From contig CAVVMW010000018.1 in assembly GCA_963749495.1 (NCBI GenBank), forward strand, positions 32,001 through 96,000: 64,000 nucleotides of DNA, given 5' to 3'. The translations under genes and the position numbers were made by a program. The notes below the pieces were generated by a model. It was not told the origin of the DNA. It was given only the letters and a program-made list of their open reading frames with translations, and ran no database searches. Positions 1 through 10,676 of the stretch are shown piece by piece (the first letter of the stretch is position 1; the number at the start of each line of letters is the position of its first letter). Source of the DNA: an uncultured bacterium. Lineage in GTDB: Bacteria > Verrucomicrobiota > Verrucomicrobiia > Limisphaerales > UBA8199.

Positions 1-1149
1 ACACCGCTGGACCCGGCAGTCCGCCGGGCCATGCTGCCCCTTCTGGACGAAATCTGGGGCAATCCGTCGAGTATCCATCATGTGGGGCGCCGCGCCCGCT
101 CTGTGCTGGACGAAGCGCGGGAGCGGACGGCACACGTCCTGGCCTGCAAACCGAGCGAAATCGTCTTCACTGCCGGCGGCACGGAGAGCGTTAACCTGGC
201 AATTTTCGGGACCGCGCGCCTGCTCCGCCACAGGGGCCGCCATATCGTCACGTCGGCAATCGAACATCATGCAGTGCTCCAGGCCTGCGATTACCTCCAG
301 CGCAAAGAGAGCTTTGAGGTCACCCATCTGCCACTGGACCGCCACGGGCTCGTCTCGCCCGGCTCCCTCCGAGAGGCCCTGCGCGCGGACACCATCCTGG
401 TTTCGATCATGGCCGCGAACAATGAGATTGGCACTGTGGAACCCATTGCTGAACTGGGCACGATCTGCCGCGAGCAAGGCGTCAAGTTCCATACGGACGC
501 AGTTCAATGGCTGGGCAAGGAACCGCTCACCGCCATAGATCAGTTCAACGCCAACCTCGTCTCCATTTGCGCTCATAAGATCCACGGGCCCAAGGGTGCC
601 GGCGCGCTCTTTATCCGGTCACCACTCTCGCCCGATCCGATCCTCTTCGGGGGCAGCCACGAAAATGAGCGCCGTGCCGGCACGCAGAACCTGCCTGCTA
701 TTGTCGGCCTCACTGAAGCTCTGGAACGCTTCGTCCGCGAGCCCGTCTTTCCGAAAGCGCAACTCTATGCTCTGACCAAGCGGCTGCGCAAGGCGCTGGA
801 AGGTCTCGAAGGTGTCCATATCCTCGGCCCAGACGAACAACGTCTGGCCAATACGCTTTCGTTCGTCGTGGAGAGCACGGACAGCATTGCCCTGCTGGCA
901 GGATTGGACCTGGAGGGCATCTGCGCCTCCAGTGGCTCAGCTTGCTCCACCGGCTCGCTGAAGCCGTCCCATGTCGTTCGTGCCCTCGGCTTGGACAATT
1001 CCCTTGCGAACGCGCTGGTGCGCTTCTCCCTCGGCCGTGAGTCCACCCTGAGCGAGGTGAAACACGTGGAGCAAGTGCTGCCCCGGGTGATCCAGCGCGC
1101 ACAGCGAGCGTCTCGAATTTCGCCCCAACAACCTGTTGATTCGATGTAA
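1..1149 (+). CDS. iscS: Cysteine desulfurase (IscS/NifS class V PLP enzyme), 5'-partial
   Basis: Motifs GNPSSIH, SAIEHHAV, FHTDAVQ, AHKIHGPKG, SSGSACS. The frame is open from base 1 (TPLDPAVRRAM...). Confidence 0.93.
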   Translation, partial: TPLDPAVRRAMLPLLDEIWGNPSSIHHVGRRARSVLDEARERTAHVLACKPSEIVFTAGGTESVNLAIFGTARLLRHRGRHIVTSAIEHHAVLQACDYLQRKESFEVTHLPLDRHGLVSPGSLREALRADTILVSIMAANNEIGTVEPIAELGTICREQGVKFHTDAVQWLGKEPLTAIDQFNANLVSICAHKIHGPKGAGALFIRSPLSPDPILFGGSHENERRAGTQNLPAIVGLTEALERFVREPVFPKAQLYALTKRLRKALEGLEGVHILGPDEQRLANTLSFVVESTDSIALLAGLDLEGICASSGSACSTGSLKPSHVVRALGLDNSLANALVRFSLGRESTLSEVKHVEQVLPRVIQRAQRASRISPQQPVDSM

Positions 1150-1332
1150 ACCGACTGGAACAAATGCGAACAACCCGAAATTGTGCGCGTTTCTTCACCA
1201 ATGCAGCCGAAAGTATCACCAGCCCTTTTTTCACAAATTGGCCTTGAAATCTTGACACCGCGAGTTGTTTGCCTTATTCACAGCAGTTAATACGGATACG
1301 TTTTAGACTAAAACAAAGACTATTAAGCGCCC
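1150..1332. promoter_or_regulatory. AT-rich intergenic region with DnaA boxes; candidate oriC and/or dnaN promoter
   Basis: TTTTTCACA (1227-1235) and TTATTCACA (1274-1282) match TT(A/T)TNCACA. An AT-rich tract follows, TTGACA lies at 1252-1257, and the region is directly upstream of dnaN. Confidence 0.55.
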
Positions 1333-2442
1333 ATGAACCTGACCATCTCAAAGGAGCAAATCATCAATGGTCTGCAAGCCGTGCAGAACGTGGTCAGCAC
1401 CCGCACCACCCTGCCCATCCTGTCAAATGTCCTGCTGCGCGCGGAGGAGAACCGCCTGGAACTCACCGCTACTGACCTGGATGTGACCATCTCGTGCGCC
1501 GTGGAGGCCAAGGTCAAGAAAACAGGGGCGTCAACCGTGCCTGTCAAGAGGCTCTTCGGCATTGCTCGCGAATTGACCAATCTAGACCTGGATATCGAGG
1601 TGGATGAGAAGTTCGTTTGCGCCATTCGGTCCGGCCCCTCGTTTTACAAGATCAATGGCCTGAGCGCTGATGAGTTTCCGCCACTCCCTCAGTTCAAGGA
1701 AGACAAAAAGGTCGTCCTGCCCCAGGAAACGCTCAAGAGCATGCTCAGGAAGACGTCGTTCGCTATCTCGACGGACGAGTCCCGCTATGTGCTCAACGGC
1801 ATTTACATCAGCCTGAAGGAGCACAAGATGACCATGGTCGCCACCGATGGGCGGCGCTTAGCCTTGGTGGACGAAGAGGCCGATGTGTCCGAAAAGAGCC
1901 AAGGCGAGTTTATCGTTCCTGCCAAGACAGTCAATGAACTCAACCGCCTGCTCCAGGACAAGGGAACGGTAGAAATCCATTATGCGGAGAATCAGGCCTC
2001 GTTCACGCTCCTGGATGAAAAGGGCGGCTCCATTCTCATCATCACCAAGCTCGTTGAGGGCAACTACCCCAATTACCGCCAAGTCATCCCGTCTGAGATG
2101 AAGGAACGGGTCAGCCTGTTGCGCGAGGAGTTTCTCCATGCCCTGCGGCGCGCTGAACTGATGACCAGCGACAAGTCCAATTCTGTCAAGCTGGCTTTCG
2201 AGAAGAACAAGCTCGAAATCACCGCCAACTCACCGGACATTGGTGAGGCCAAGGAAACCCTGACCATCAATTACAAAGGCGCGGAGATGGCCATCGCCTT
2301 CAATCCGAAGTACGTGATTGACCCCTTGACCGCACTGACGAACGACGAAGTCTTCCTTGAGTTGATTGATGAGCTGAGTCCCGGTGTTCTCAAGATTAAC
2401 GGTCCGTTCCTCTACGTAGTCATGCCCATGCGCCTGGGCTAG
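1333..2442 (+). CDS. dnaN: DNA polymerase III beta sliding clamp
   Basis: TTLPILSNVLL, ATDLD, SRYVLNG, VATDGRRL, GNYPNY, YVVMPMR; 369 aa. Confidence 0.98.
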   Translation: MNLTISKEQIINGLQAVQNVVSTRTTLPILSNVLLRAEENRLELTATDLDVTISCAVEAKVKKTGASTVPVKRLFGIARELTNLDLDIEVDEKFVCAIRSGPSFYKINGLSADEFPPLPQFKEDKKVVLPQETLKSMLRKTSFAISTDESRYVLNGIYISLKEHKMTMVATDGRRLALVDEEADVSEKSQGEFIVPAKTVNELNRLLQDKGTVEIHYAENQASFTLLDEKGGSILIITKLVEGNYPNYRQVIPSEMKERVSLLREEFLHALRRAELMTSDKSNSVKLAFEKNKLEITANSPDIGEAKETLTINYKGAEMAIAFNPKYVIDPLTALTNDEVFLELIDELSPGVLKINGPFLYVVMPMRLG

Positions 2443-2482
2443 AGCGTAGAAGATTGCAGCAGGCTCTCGCCCCACGCGAAGC

Positions 2483-2562
2483 GTTTTGGACTGCGCGAGT
2501 CCTCTGGCGCTTTCGCCTCGGCAGGGTCTGAAAAGCGCCAGAGGACTGGCGCAGTGCAAAAC
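2483..2562. repeat. REP/MITE-like palindrome, family A (GTTTTGGACTGCG..AGTCCTCTG..GCTTT / AAAGC..CAGAGGACT..CGCAGTCCAAAAC)
   Basis: Inverted pair of ~31-bp arms; one of nine copies in the window. Confidence 0.9.
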
Positions 2563-2649
2563 CTGTGGGCTTGGCGGCGGTTCGCGGGCAGCGTCCAACG
2601 GCACCACACAGTTGCCAGTCAAGGCGGCTCTGCTACTCTACTGGCCATC

Positions 2650-4212
2650 ATGGCTTTCGACTCCTTTGCAGCATTCCTGGGCGCGCTAGAAAAGGCCGGT
2701 GAACTGATTCGCATTTCCCAGCCTGTTGCCACGGAACTTGAAATTACCGAAGTCGCGGATCGGGAGATGAAAAAGCCGGGCGGCGGGAGGGCGCTGCTCA
2801 TCGAGAAGCCGGTGGTCAACGGGCAGATGTCGCCGTTCCCGCTGGCCATCAATACTCTGGGTTCGCGGCAGCGAATGGCGCTGAGCCTTGGGTCGGACTC
2901 GGTCGAGTCAGTCGCCGCCGAGCTTGGCTCGCTCATGAAGGCGCAGCTGCCCACGAGCTTTCGGGAGGCCGTCCGCCTGCTCGGCACAGCGCTGGACCTG
3001 CGGCACGCAAGGCCCAAGCTCGTCAAAGATGGCCCGTGCAAAGAGGTTATTCACAAATTCGATGTTCCTCCATCCCGGAGCGAACCCTGGCCAACCGCGC
3101 CGGACTTGGAGCCAGTGCAACGGCCTGACCCTTCGATAGGGGCGCGTGCTGACTACCCGACGCTTCTCAACCTCCCCATCCTCAAGTGCTGGCCGCTGGA
3201 TGGCGGGCGGTTCATCACGCTGCCTTGCGTGGTCACGCGCGACCCGGACACCGGCGCCCGCAACGTCGGCATGTACCGAATGCAGGTTTATGACGAACGG
3301 ACCACGGGGATGCACTGGCAACTCCAGAAGGTCGGCGCCCGCCATGGGCGGCGCTATTATGAGACCGGCGCCCGCATGCCCGTGGCTGTCTTCCTGGGCG
3401 GCGACCCCGTCTTCACCTTCTGTGCTACCGCCCCTTTGCCGGACGGGCTTGACGAACTGGTGCTGGCAGGATACCTGCGCAGGAAATCCGTCGAATTGGT
3501 GAAATGCGAGACCAACGACCTCGAGGTCCCCGCCGGCGCCGACATCGTTATGGAAGGTTTCGTGGATCCTGGGGAACCGTTGCGCCAGGAGGGCCCGTTT
3601 GGCGATCACACGGGTTATTATTCCCTGCCCGAACCCTACCCGGTGTTTCACATCGCCGCCATCACCCACCGCAAGGACGCGGTTTATCCCGCCACGGTCG
3701 TCGGGATGCCGCCCATGGAGGACTTTTACATGGGCACGGCCTCAGTCCGGCTGTTCCTGCCGATCTTCAAGCTCAATTTCCCGGAGATCATCAACCTGGC
3801 CCTTCCGGCCGAAGGGGTCTTCCACAACCTGGTTTTCGTCAGCATCCGCAAGAGTTACCCCATGCAGGCCTACAAGCTCATGCACGGCCTCTGGGGCATG
3901 GGCCAGATGATGTTCAGCAAGTACATCATCGTGGTGGACGAGGACGTTGACGTGCAAAACACCAGCGAGGTCCTCTTCCGCCTGTGCGCCTGCACCGACC
4001 CGCAGCGGGACGTGATCTTCACCCGGGGCCCGGCCGATGTCCTCGACCATGCCACGACGGACCTGGCCGTGGGGACCAAGATGGGCATCGATGCGACCCG
4101 CAAACTGCCTGGCGAGGGCTTCAAACGCCCCTGGCCGCCGCTGATAAAGATGGACCCTGAAGTGAAGGCAAAGGTGGCGACGTTGTTTGAGGGGCGGCCT
4201 CCGCTATCTTGA
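2650..4212 (+). CDS. ubiD: UbiD-family prFMN-dependent decarboxylase (menaquinone-pathway type)
   Basis: ATG at 2650 (MAFDSF...). Motifs NVGMYRMQ, EGPFGDHTGYY, GPADVLDHA, KMGIDAT. Confidence 0.9.
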   Translation: MAFDSFAAFLGALEKAGELIRISQPVATELEITEVADREMKKPGGGRALLIEKPVVNGQMSPFPLAINTLGSRQRMALSLGSDSVESVAAELGSLMKAQLPTSFREAVRLLGTALDLRHARPKLVKDGPCKEVIHKFDVPPSRSEPWPTAPDLEPVQRPDPSIGARADYPTLLNLPILKCWPLDGGRFITLPCVVTRDPDTGARNVGMYRMQVYDERTTGMHWQLQKVGARHGRRYYETGARMPVAVFLGGDPVFTFCATAPLPDGLDELVLAGYLRRKSVELVKCETNDLEVPAGADIVMEGFVDPGEPLRQEGPFGDHTGYYSLPEPYPVFHIAAITHRKDAVYPATVVGMPPMEDFYMGTASVRLFLPIFKLNFPEIINLALPAEGVFHNLVFVSIRKSYPMQAYKLMHGLWGMGQMMFSKYIIVVDEDVDVQNTSEVLFRLCACTDPQRDVIFTRGPADVLDHATTDLAVGTKMGIDATRKLPGEGFKRPWPPLIKMDPEVKAKVATLFEGRPPLS

Positions 4213-4262
4213 GATCGCGCATGGGGACCAGGAACTGGAGGGGCGTCCCCCGGGCGCGGAGC

Positions 4263-4342
4263 GTTTTGGACTGCGCCAGTCCTCTGGCGCTTTTTGGACC
4301 TTGGGGACGTGAAAGCGGCAGAGGACTGCCGCAGTCCAAAAC
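4263..4342. repeat. REP family A copy
   Basis: Same inverted arms as 2483-2562; lies between convergent genes. Confidence 0.9.
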
Positions 4343-4367
4343 CTTCCGGGCTTCGGTTCGCAGCGGA

Positions 4368-4932
4368 TTATCGTCGCTTCAACAATTCCGCCACATCCAC
4401 GGCGGCATCCGGGAAGGCCAGCGGGCGGGCCTTCTCGCCAGGGGAAAGGACCGTTGTCGAGGCGTAGCCGGTCAAATGGGGTTCGCGGTAAACCTCGAGG
4501 GTCTGCTCCTCGAGGTTTACGATCCAGACCTCGGAGATCCCGGCGCGTCCATAGGCGGGCAATTTCCTGCCGCGGTCGTAGGCGAGCGAAGTGGCGGCAA
4601 CTTCGATGAGCAAGAGGACATCCTCGGGGCCGGGGTGGCGGGTGCTGTAATAATCCGGCGCGGGTCGGAGCAGCATGAGGTCCGGCTGCGGCTCGGAATA
4701 CTCGTCCAGGTGGACCGGGTCCTGAACGGCCACCAGCCAGCGGCCCCTGGAAGCGTTGGGTGAAAAACTGATTCAGACGCTTTGTACCGCCTCCGTGCGG
4801 CGGACCAATGGGTGGCATATCAATAATCTCCCCATCTAACAGTTCAACTCGCGCATCAGGCCGAAGGACGCCCGTCTCGCCCATTCGGTAGTACTCCTCA
4901 ACGGTGAACCGATGTGTTGTTACAGCCGGCAT
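4368..4932 (-). CDS. Uma2 (DUF820) family PD-(D/E)XK endonuclease, one frameshift near 4745
   Basis: HRFTVEEYYRM..ELLDGEIIDMPPIGPPH in one frame; SEPQPDL..LLLIEVA..SLAYDRGRKLPAYGRAGISEVWIVNL in the next. Confidence 0.88.
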
Positions 4933-4951
4933 ACGCCACAAAACTATCAAA

Positions 4952-6171
4952 TCATCCCGGCATTTGCAAACCCACCCTGGCGGCCACCTGGGTCAGGTCT
5001 TTGTCGCCGCGACCAGAGAGGTTGACAATCAGGAGCCGGTCCTTGGCCAGTTTGGGTGCGCGCTCGATGGCTTCGGCCACGGCGTGGGCGGACTCCAGTG
5101 CGGGGATGATGCCCTCCAGCCGCGCCAATTTCATAAACGCAGCCAGGGCCTGGTCGTCTGTGGCGTAGGTGTACTCGACACGCCCGCGGTCGCGCAGCCA
5201 GGCATGCTCGGGGCCGACTGCCGCATAATCCAGCCCCGCCGAGACGCTGTGAGTGAGCTGGACCTGGCCGAACTCGTCCTGGAGGATGTAGGAGCGCGTG
5301 CCCTGCAGAACGCCGAGCGAGCCCCCTGAAAACGCGCGGCGTGCCGGCCGGCCGCTATCCCCTCGCCGCCTGCCTCCACCCCCACCATCTTCACCGATGC
5401 GTCCTCCAGGAAGGGATAAAACAGGCCCATGGCGTTGGAGCCGCCGCCCACGCAGGCGATGAGCCCGTCCGGCAGGCGGCCTTCCTTTTCGAGGACCTGG
5501 CGCCGGGCTTCGTCCCCGATGACCCGCTGGAAGTTGCGCACCATGAGGGGATAGGGATGCGCGCCATAGACCGTGCCCAGGATGTAGTGCGTGGTGCGGA
5601 CGTTGGTCACCCAATCCCGCATCGCCTCGTTGATCGCCTCCTTGAGGGTCTGCTGCCCGGCCTTGACCGGCACCACCTCGGCGCCCAGCAACTGCATCCG
5701 CAAGACGTTCGGGGCCTGCCGCTCGCAATCGACCGCCCCCATATAGACCACGCACTGGAGACCGAACATGGCCGCCACCGTGGCCGTGGCCACCCCGTGC
5801 TGGCCCGCCCCCGTTTCCGCGATGATCCGCCTCTTGCCCATCCGCCGCGCCAGCAGGATCTGCCCGATGCAGTTGTTGATCTTGTGCGCGCCGGTGTGGA
5901 GCAGGTCCTCGCGCTTGAGATAAACCTTGGCCCCGCCCAGCTCCCGCGTGAGCCGCTCCGCAAAGTAGAGCGGCGTCGGCCGCCCGCAAAACTCCTTGAG
6001 ATAATACTCGAATTCCCGCACAAACGCCGGGTCCTCCCGCGCCCGAAAATACTCCGCCTCCAATTCCTGCAGAGGATGGACCAGCGTCTCCGGCACATAC
6101 CGCCCGCCGTAGGGACCGAAATGGCCCTGCGCATCCGGTGTCTCTGCCTCTGCCGCGGCTGACAAGCTCAT
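4952..6171 (-). CDS. trpB: Tryptophan synthase beta chain, frameshift in the C-run near 5325
   Basis: [48 protein letters not shown]; then [29 protein letters not shown]. Confidence 0.96.
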
Positions 6172-6245
6172 GCGCCGCACCATAGCCCGCGCCGCGGCGC
6201 TCGTCGAGGCTCCATCACAATCACGGGGGGGGCGTTGACAAAATC

Positions 6246-6381
6246 GTAGCGCAGGTTTCCAAACCTGCTGTATCGCCGATTTCCAATCGGCAGGGCGGCG
6301 GCATGTCGAGCGCCCCCGGTTTGCGGACGGCCTGCGGGTTTGGAAACCCGCGATACAGCAGGTTTGGAAACCTGCGCTACG
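6246..6381. repeat. REP-like long hairpin (GTAGCGCAGGTTTCCAAACCTGCTGTATCG...CGATACAGCAGGTTTGGAAACCTGCGCTAC)
   Basis: Perfect ~30-bp terminal inverted repeat with internal TTTCCAA/TTGGAAA sub-hairpins. Confidence 0.85.
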
Positions 6382-6495
6382 CTGGCACCGCTGGCGCACA
6401 GGCGCCCCGAGCCACTTTGTCAGTGGCCCTGCCCAATCACCCAAGCCATCCGTGATTTGCCTTGTCTCCAGGGGGAGCTGTCGTAAGCTTCGAAC

Positions 6496-7197
6496 ATGGC
6501 GACACCTGCCGCACCAACCGTTGCGCCGGCCGGTCCGGCTGCCGAGGCCTCGAAGCCGTTGCTGGAGGCCGGGGATCGGCTCTCACGCGATGAATTCGAG
6601 CGCCGCTACGAGCGCATGCCGCATGTCAAGAAAGCCGAGCTCATCGAAGGAACCGTCTATATGCCATCACCTGTGCGCTTCTGCAGCCACGCCCAACCTC
6701 ACGGCCAGCTCGCCATCTGGCTGGGAGAGTATGCGGCTGAAACCCCCGGTGTGGGGTTCGCCGCTGACTCGACCGTGCGCTTGGATTTGGACAACGAACC
6801 GCAGCCCGATCTGGTGCTGTTCAAGCTGCCCGCCAGGGGCGGGCAAGCGCGTGTTTCGGCAGATGACTACCTGGAAGGAGCGCCCGAACTGGCCGTCGAG
6901 GTCGTCGCCAGTTCGCGCTCTTACGATCTGCACCAAAAGAAAGGCGCCTACCGCCGAAACGGAGTGCGCGAGTACGTCGCCTGGATTACGGGCGAACACC
7001 GCCTGGTCTGGTGGGAATTGAGGGAGGGGGAGTATCAGGAGATTGCCGCAGCGGCCGACGGCCTGCTCAAGAGCGGCGTGTTTCCCGGTCTATGGCTGGA
7101 CGCAGGGGCCCTGCTGCGCAGCGACATGAAGGCCGTCCTGGCGGCCTTGCGGCGCGGACTGGACAGCCCCGAGCGCCGCGCCTTCCTGGCCGCGTGA
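6496..7197 (+). CDS. Uma2 family endonuclease (copy 1 of a duplicated pair)
   Basis: [55 protein letters not shown]. Confidence 0.92.
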   Translation: MATPAAPTVAPAGPAAEASKPLLEAGDRLSRDEFERRYERMPHVKKAELIEGTVYMPSPVRFCSHAQPHGQLAIWLGEYAAETPGVGFAADSTVRLDLDNEPQPDLVLFKLPARGGQARVSADDYLEGAPELAVEVVASSRSYDLHQKKGAYRRNGVREYVAWITGEHRLVWWELREGEYQEIAAAADGLLKSGVFPGLWLDAGALLRSDMKAVLAALRRGLDSPERRAFLAA

Positions 7198-7391
7198 GCG
7201 CCCGAAAAGGGATCCCGGAATTCTGGACGCACACCTCAGCCGGCACGCCGGCCTGATAGGCTCTTTCCAACGCCTCGGTGAGCCGCTCGGCCCCAAGTGC
7301 TGCCGCCCTCTTGACCAGGCGGATAGCCTGCGTCACGCGGACCCCTTCATGACCCCTTCATAGTGAGGACCGACACTTGCCTCTCAGATTC

Positions 7392-7778
7392 TTAATGACC
7401 CGCCAACCAGTCCTTCAGGTCCAGGCGGGAGGTGAAATCCACCGAAGCCTCACCCAACTCTTGAAGTTGACCGAAGGAGAACTGGCGGATGCGCGCTTCC
7501 CAGTCGGACTCCAGCGGGCCTAACCGCTTTTGCAATAGGCGCACGATGAGCTGGCATTCCCGTTCGCGCCCCTCCTCACGGCCTTCCTCGCGGCCAATCT
7601 TAATGCCCTCCTCTTTCCAACTGGTTGTCAGTTCCATAACGGCTGTCTTTTGCGCTTCGTCGAGCAACATAGCGGCCTGCTGCTGAAAAAGCAACTCCTC
7701 TTGTTGGTTGAGCCGCAAATAGGTGTCAATAAACCCCGAGATGAGCCGCATCCACGGCCCATCCAGGCGCAACGTCAC
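7392..7778 (-). pseudogene. C-terminal fragment of an Rpn/DUF4351-type protein
   Basis: LISGFIDTYLRL, MELTTSWKEEG, EEG repeats, L.ELGEA..DF....DL..WL. The N-terminal nuclease domain is absent. Confidence 0.75.
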
Positions 7779-7791
7779 CAGCGTGGGTCAA

Positions 7792-10667
7792 TTACGGCGG
7801 CAGTGCCATGACCCTGTAGAATCAATGGGTGTAGTTCGTTGCCAAGGGATCGTTGATGTAGGCGGCGGGGTCGGTGCTCACGAGGTACTGGATGGGCTGC
7901 CAGTCCACGAGGTTCGTGGAGGCCTGGATGAGCAGGTCGCAGCCGACGGGACCTTGCAAGACCATGGTGAAACCGTTTGTCCCCGAGAGCGCCGTCGCGT
8001 CGAGGCCCAGCTTTGGGGTGGCCGAGGCATGAGGTACGTTCCGGAAATCACCTGGCCGGTCCCGCCACTCATGCCAAGCCAGCCCGTCACCGAGTATGGG
8101 CCAGGCGGCACAGCGCCCGGCAGATGGAATTCCAGGTTGGTGCCGCCGGAGCCGGGAAGGTCAAACGCCAGGGAAAAATCGCCCGCCTCCGCGCCGGCGG
8201 AGTTCGTGAGCACAATTGTCACGGTGCCCGTCTGCGTTGCTCCGGTCCAATTCGTCACAGCCAACTGCATTGGCGCGCCCGCTCCGGGCGTGCCGTTGGG
8301 CACAAAGCCGCTCACTCCAACCGGGAACAACCCGCTGAAGGGGGCCGCAAATGCATCCAAAGAGAGGCTGTTCGTTCCGGTCGCGTCCGTGAACACCACG
8401 GTTGCCGGCGGCAAATTCGTTTGGGCGCCCGGTGCGACGAAGAGCGTAAAGGAGAAGCTGTCCTTCGCCAGGCCGTTGGTGGCGATTGTGTTGGACCACA
8501 CAATCGAGGACGCCTGCAGCGCGCCATCTGTGCCAAGGATCGTTATCCCGGGCGGAAGCGGCTGGGTCACCGTCGCAGAGAGGGGAATTGCAAACGGGTT
8601 CGCCACCTGGATTTGCGCCTGGTAAGCCTGGTTCGTGACGCTCTGAAACACGTAAGCCTTTATCGGATTCTCGAAGGTGAAGCTTGGTGTCTGGCCCTTT
8701 GCCACTGGGCCGGATGTCCTCCATTGCAGTGTCGAGGTCGCTTTGCCCACGTTGAAGAAGTCCGGATCGTTGTGGCCGAGCACATATATCGTGATTGCGC
8801 TGCCGCTGTCCGGCAGCGTTCCGTTGACGCCGTCAAAGTAATTCAACCGCAGGGTGGCCGTTTGCCCGGCGGGGATGGTCGCCGTGGCTGTGGTAAGCTG
8901 GGGGTAGGGTAGTGACCCGACGTTTACGCCAACGACGCCCACGCCGACCCTCAGGCTCACCGTGTGCTGCGATACGGCATAAGCGGTGAAGGCAGCGGAT
9001 TGCTTGCCCGTATTTTCTACGGTCACGAGCGAGACCCCGCCTGTAACCCTCTGTCCCGCCACAGCGGGGGTCGTCACCGGGTCCGCCCCAGCCCATGCGC
9101 CGTTGATATCGTACTCCGGCCCCGCCAATTGCGAGGCCACGCCCACCAGGCTGCCGGTGACGGGGTTGGGGCTGCGGCCCTCGGCCACCGCCATCAGGCC
9201 CGAGGCCGCGTTCGAGTATATCACTCCTGAAAAGTGCACACACGAAATGAGTGCGCTCACCGCGGTCAGGTAAGCCTGTGTGTTCTTGGCCAGGTTGGCC
9301 CGGTTCTGTTCCCAGTCCACGCCCGACTCGATTGCGTTGATGGTTTCGCCCGCGACTATGCCCCCAACGCCTCCCGCCATGCTGCCCAATGCGGCGCCAA
9401 TGACATCTGCCGCCGTGAACAGGGGCGTGAGGAAGTCCGTGCTCGAGAATTCGGAATCGCTCTGCATTGCCGAGAGCAAAGTGTCTTGGCTTATCAAAAT
9501 GAGCTTGATCGTGCGGTTGGCCTCCGTTCGGAGGCCCAAATCTATGGCGAATTCGGCGGACGCGCTCGCGCTGGCCGGCGGAACGCCGGCCGATAAGCCC
9601 TGCTGGGCCTCCGACAACGCCTGCGCGTGGACAGCGTTGCGGCTCCCTATATCTTGCGCTTCGAGGCTCAGGCCGGTGCTGGACCCGGCGATGTCCTCAA
9701 TGAGCTTCCCGATGCTAAGAGCGTTGTAGTCCTCGATTGAGGAGATTTCCGCGCTGAAAAACGCCTTGTCGAGCGCCGAGGCACTTGGACCAAGCAGCTC
9801 CTCCAGTGGAACCAGCGCCAGCAGGCCGCCCAGTCCGGCACTCAGTGCGATGGCGCCTTGCTGCGCGCGCTCGATGCCGGCCTGGTTTTGGAAGTAATCG
9901 CCGCACCGGCCTTCGTCCAGCGCGAGGTTCGCAAGGTATGGGCTGAGGTCGCTGCCCGCCTCGGAGGCCAGGCCCGCGATGGCATTGCTGAGACCCTGCC
10001 CCGGCGGGACAAAGGCGGGTGTGAATTGGACCGTGGGCGGGCTGTTCAGCCAGATGCAATCGGTCACGTCCTGGGCAGAGATCAGGACGGTGCCAGGTGT
10101 TTGGGATGTCATGGTCGCCGTGGCCAGGCCGCTGGCGTCGGTTGGGCTCGCCGGCTGCGTGATTGTGGCGAGCCGGGTGACGGCACCGGATGAGGTCTGC
10201 TCCACGGCGCTGATCGTCACGCTCTTTCCTGCAACGGGGGTGCCATTCCCATCCAGCAGGCGGACTGCCACCCTCACAGGGCTTCGGCCGTCTGCCGGGA
10301 CGGAGCTCGGCGAGGCTGTGACTTCCGAAGAACTGCCGAGCGTGCCCGAGGGAGCGCCCCAGCTCAGGTAGAAATAGCTCACCAGAGGGCTGGTTTCGAG
10401 AGCCAGAATTGAATCGCCCGGCCACTCGAAATATTGGTAGCTGACAATCGGGCTGCCGAGGAGGCCGTTGGTCAAGGCGTCAAAATATTGAAAACTGACG
10501 AAGGGGGAAAGGACACCGCCATTTGCGCGCGTTTCGCTGCCGGAATCCTCGGCGTATTGGTAACTCACGACTGGCGACATGAGATTGGTAATGGCATCGG
10601 CGGCAATCGTGGGGAACGATTGCAGAAGCAAGGCGGCCATTACTCCAAGGGGCTTGGGAAACCTCAT
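7792..10667 (-). CDS. Large secreted protein with an invasin/Big_1-like Ig domain and a C-terminal ...FYR domain; frameshift near 8010 and in-frame TGA at 7822-7824
   Basis: Signal peptide; S.VTASPSSVPADG..V.V.LLDGNG.PVAGK.V..TDASG.AT. The shifted frame reads IQASTNLVDWQPI...YTH*FYRVMALPP. Confidence 0.7.
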
Positions 10668-10676
10668 GCGAGCCTC

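Noticed and set aside
7067..7361. Short minus-strand ORF and an 11-bp tandem GACCCCTTCAT x2
   Set aside because: Overlaps the Uma2 end and no family was recognised; too little evidence to call.
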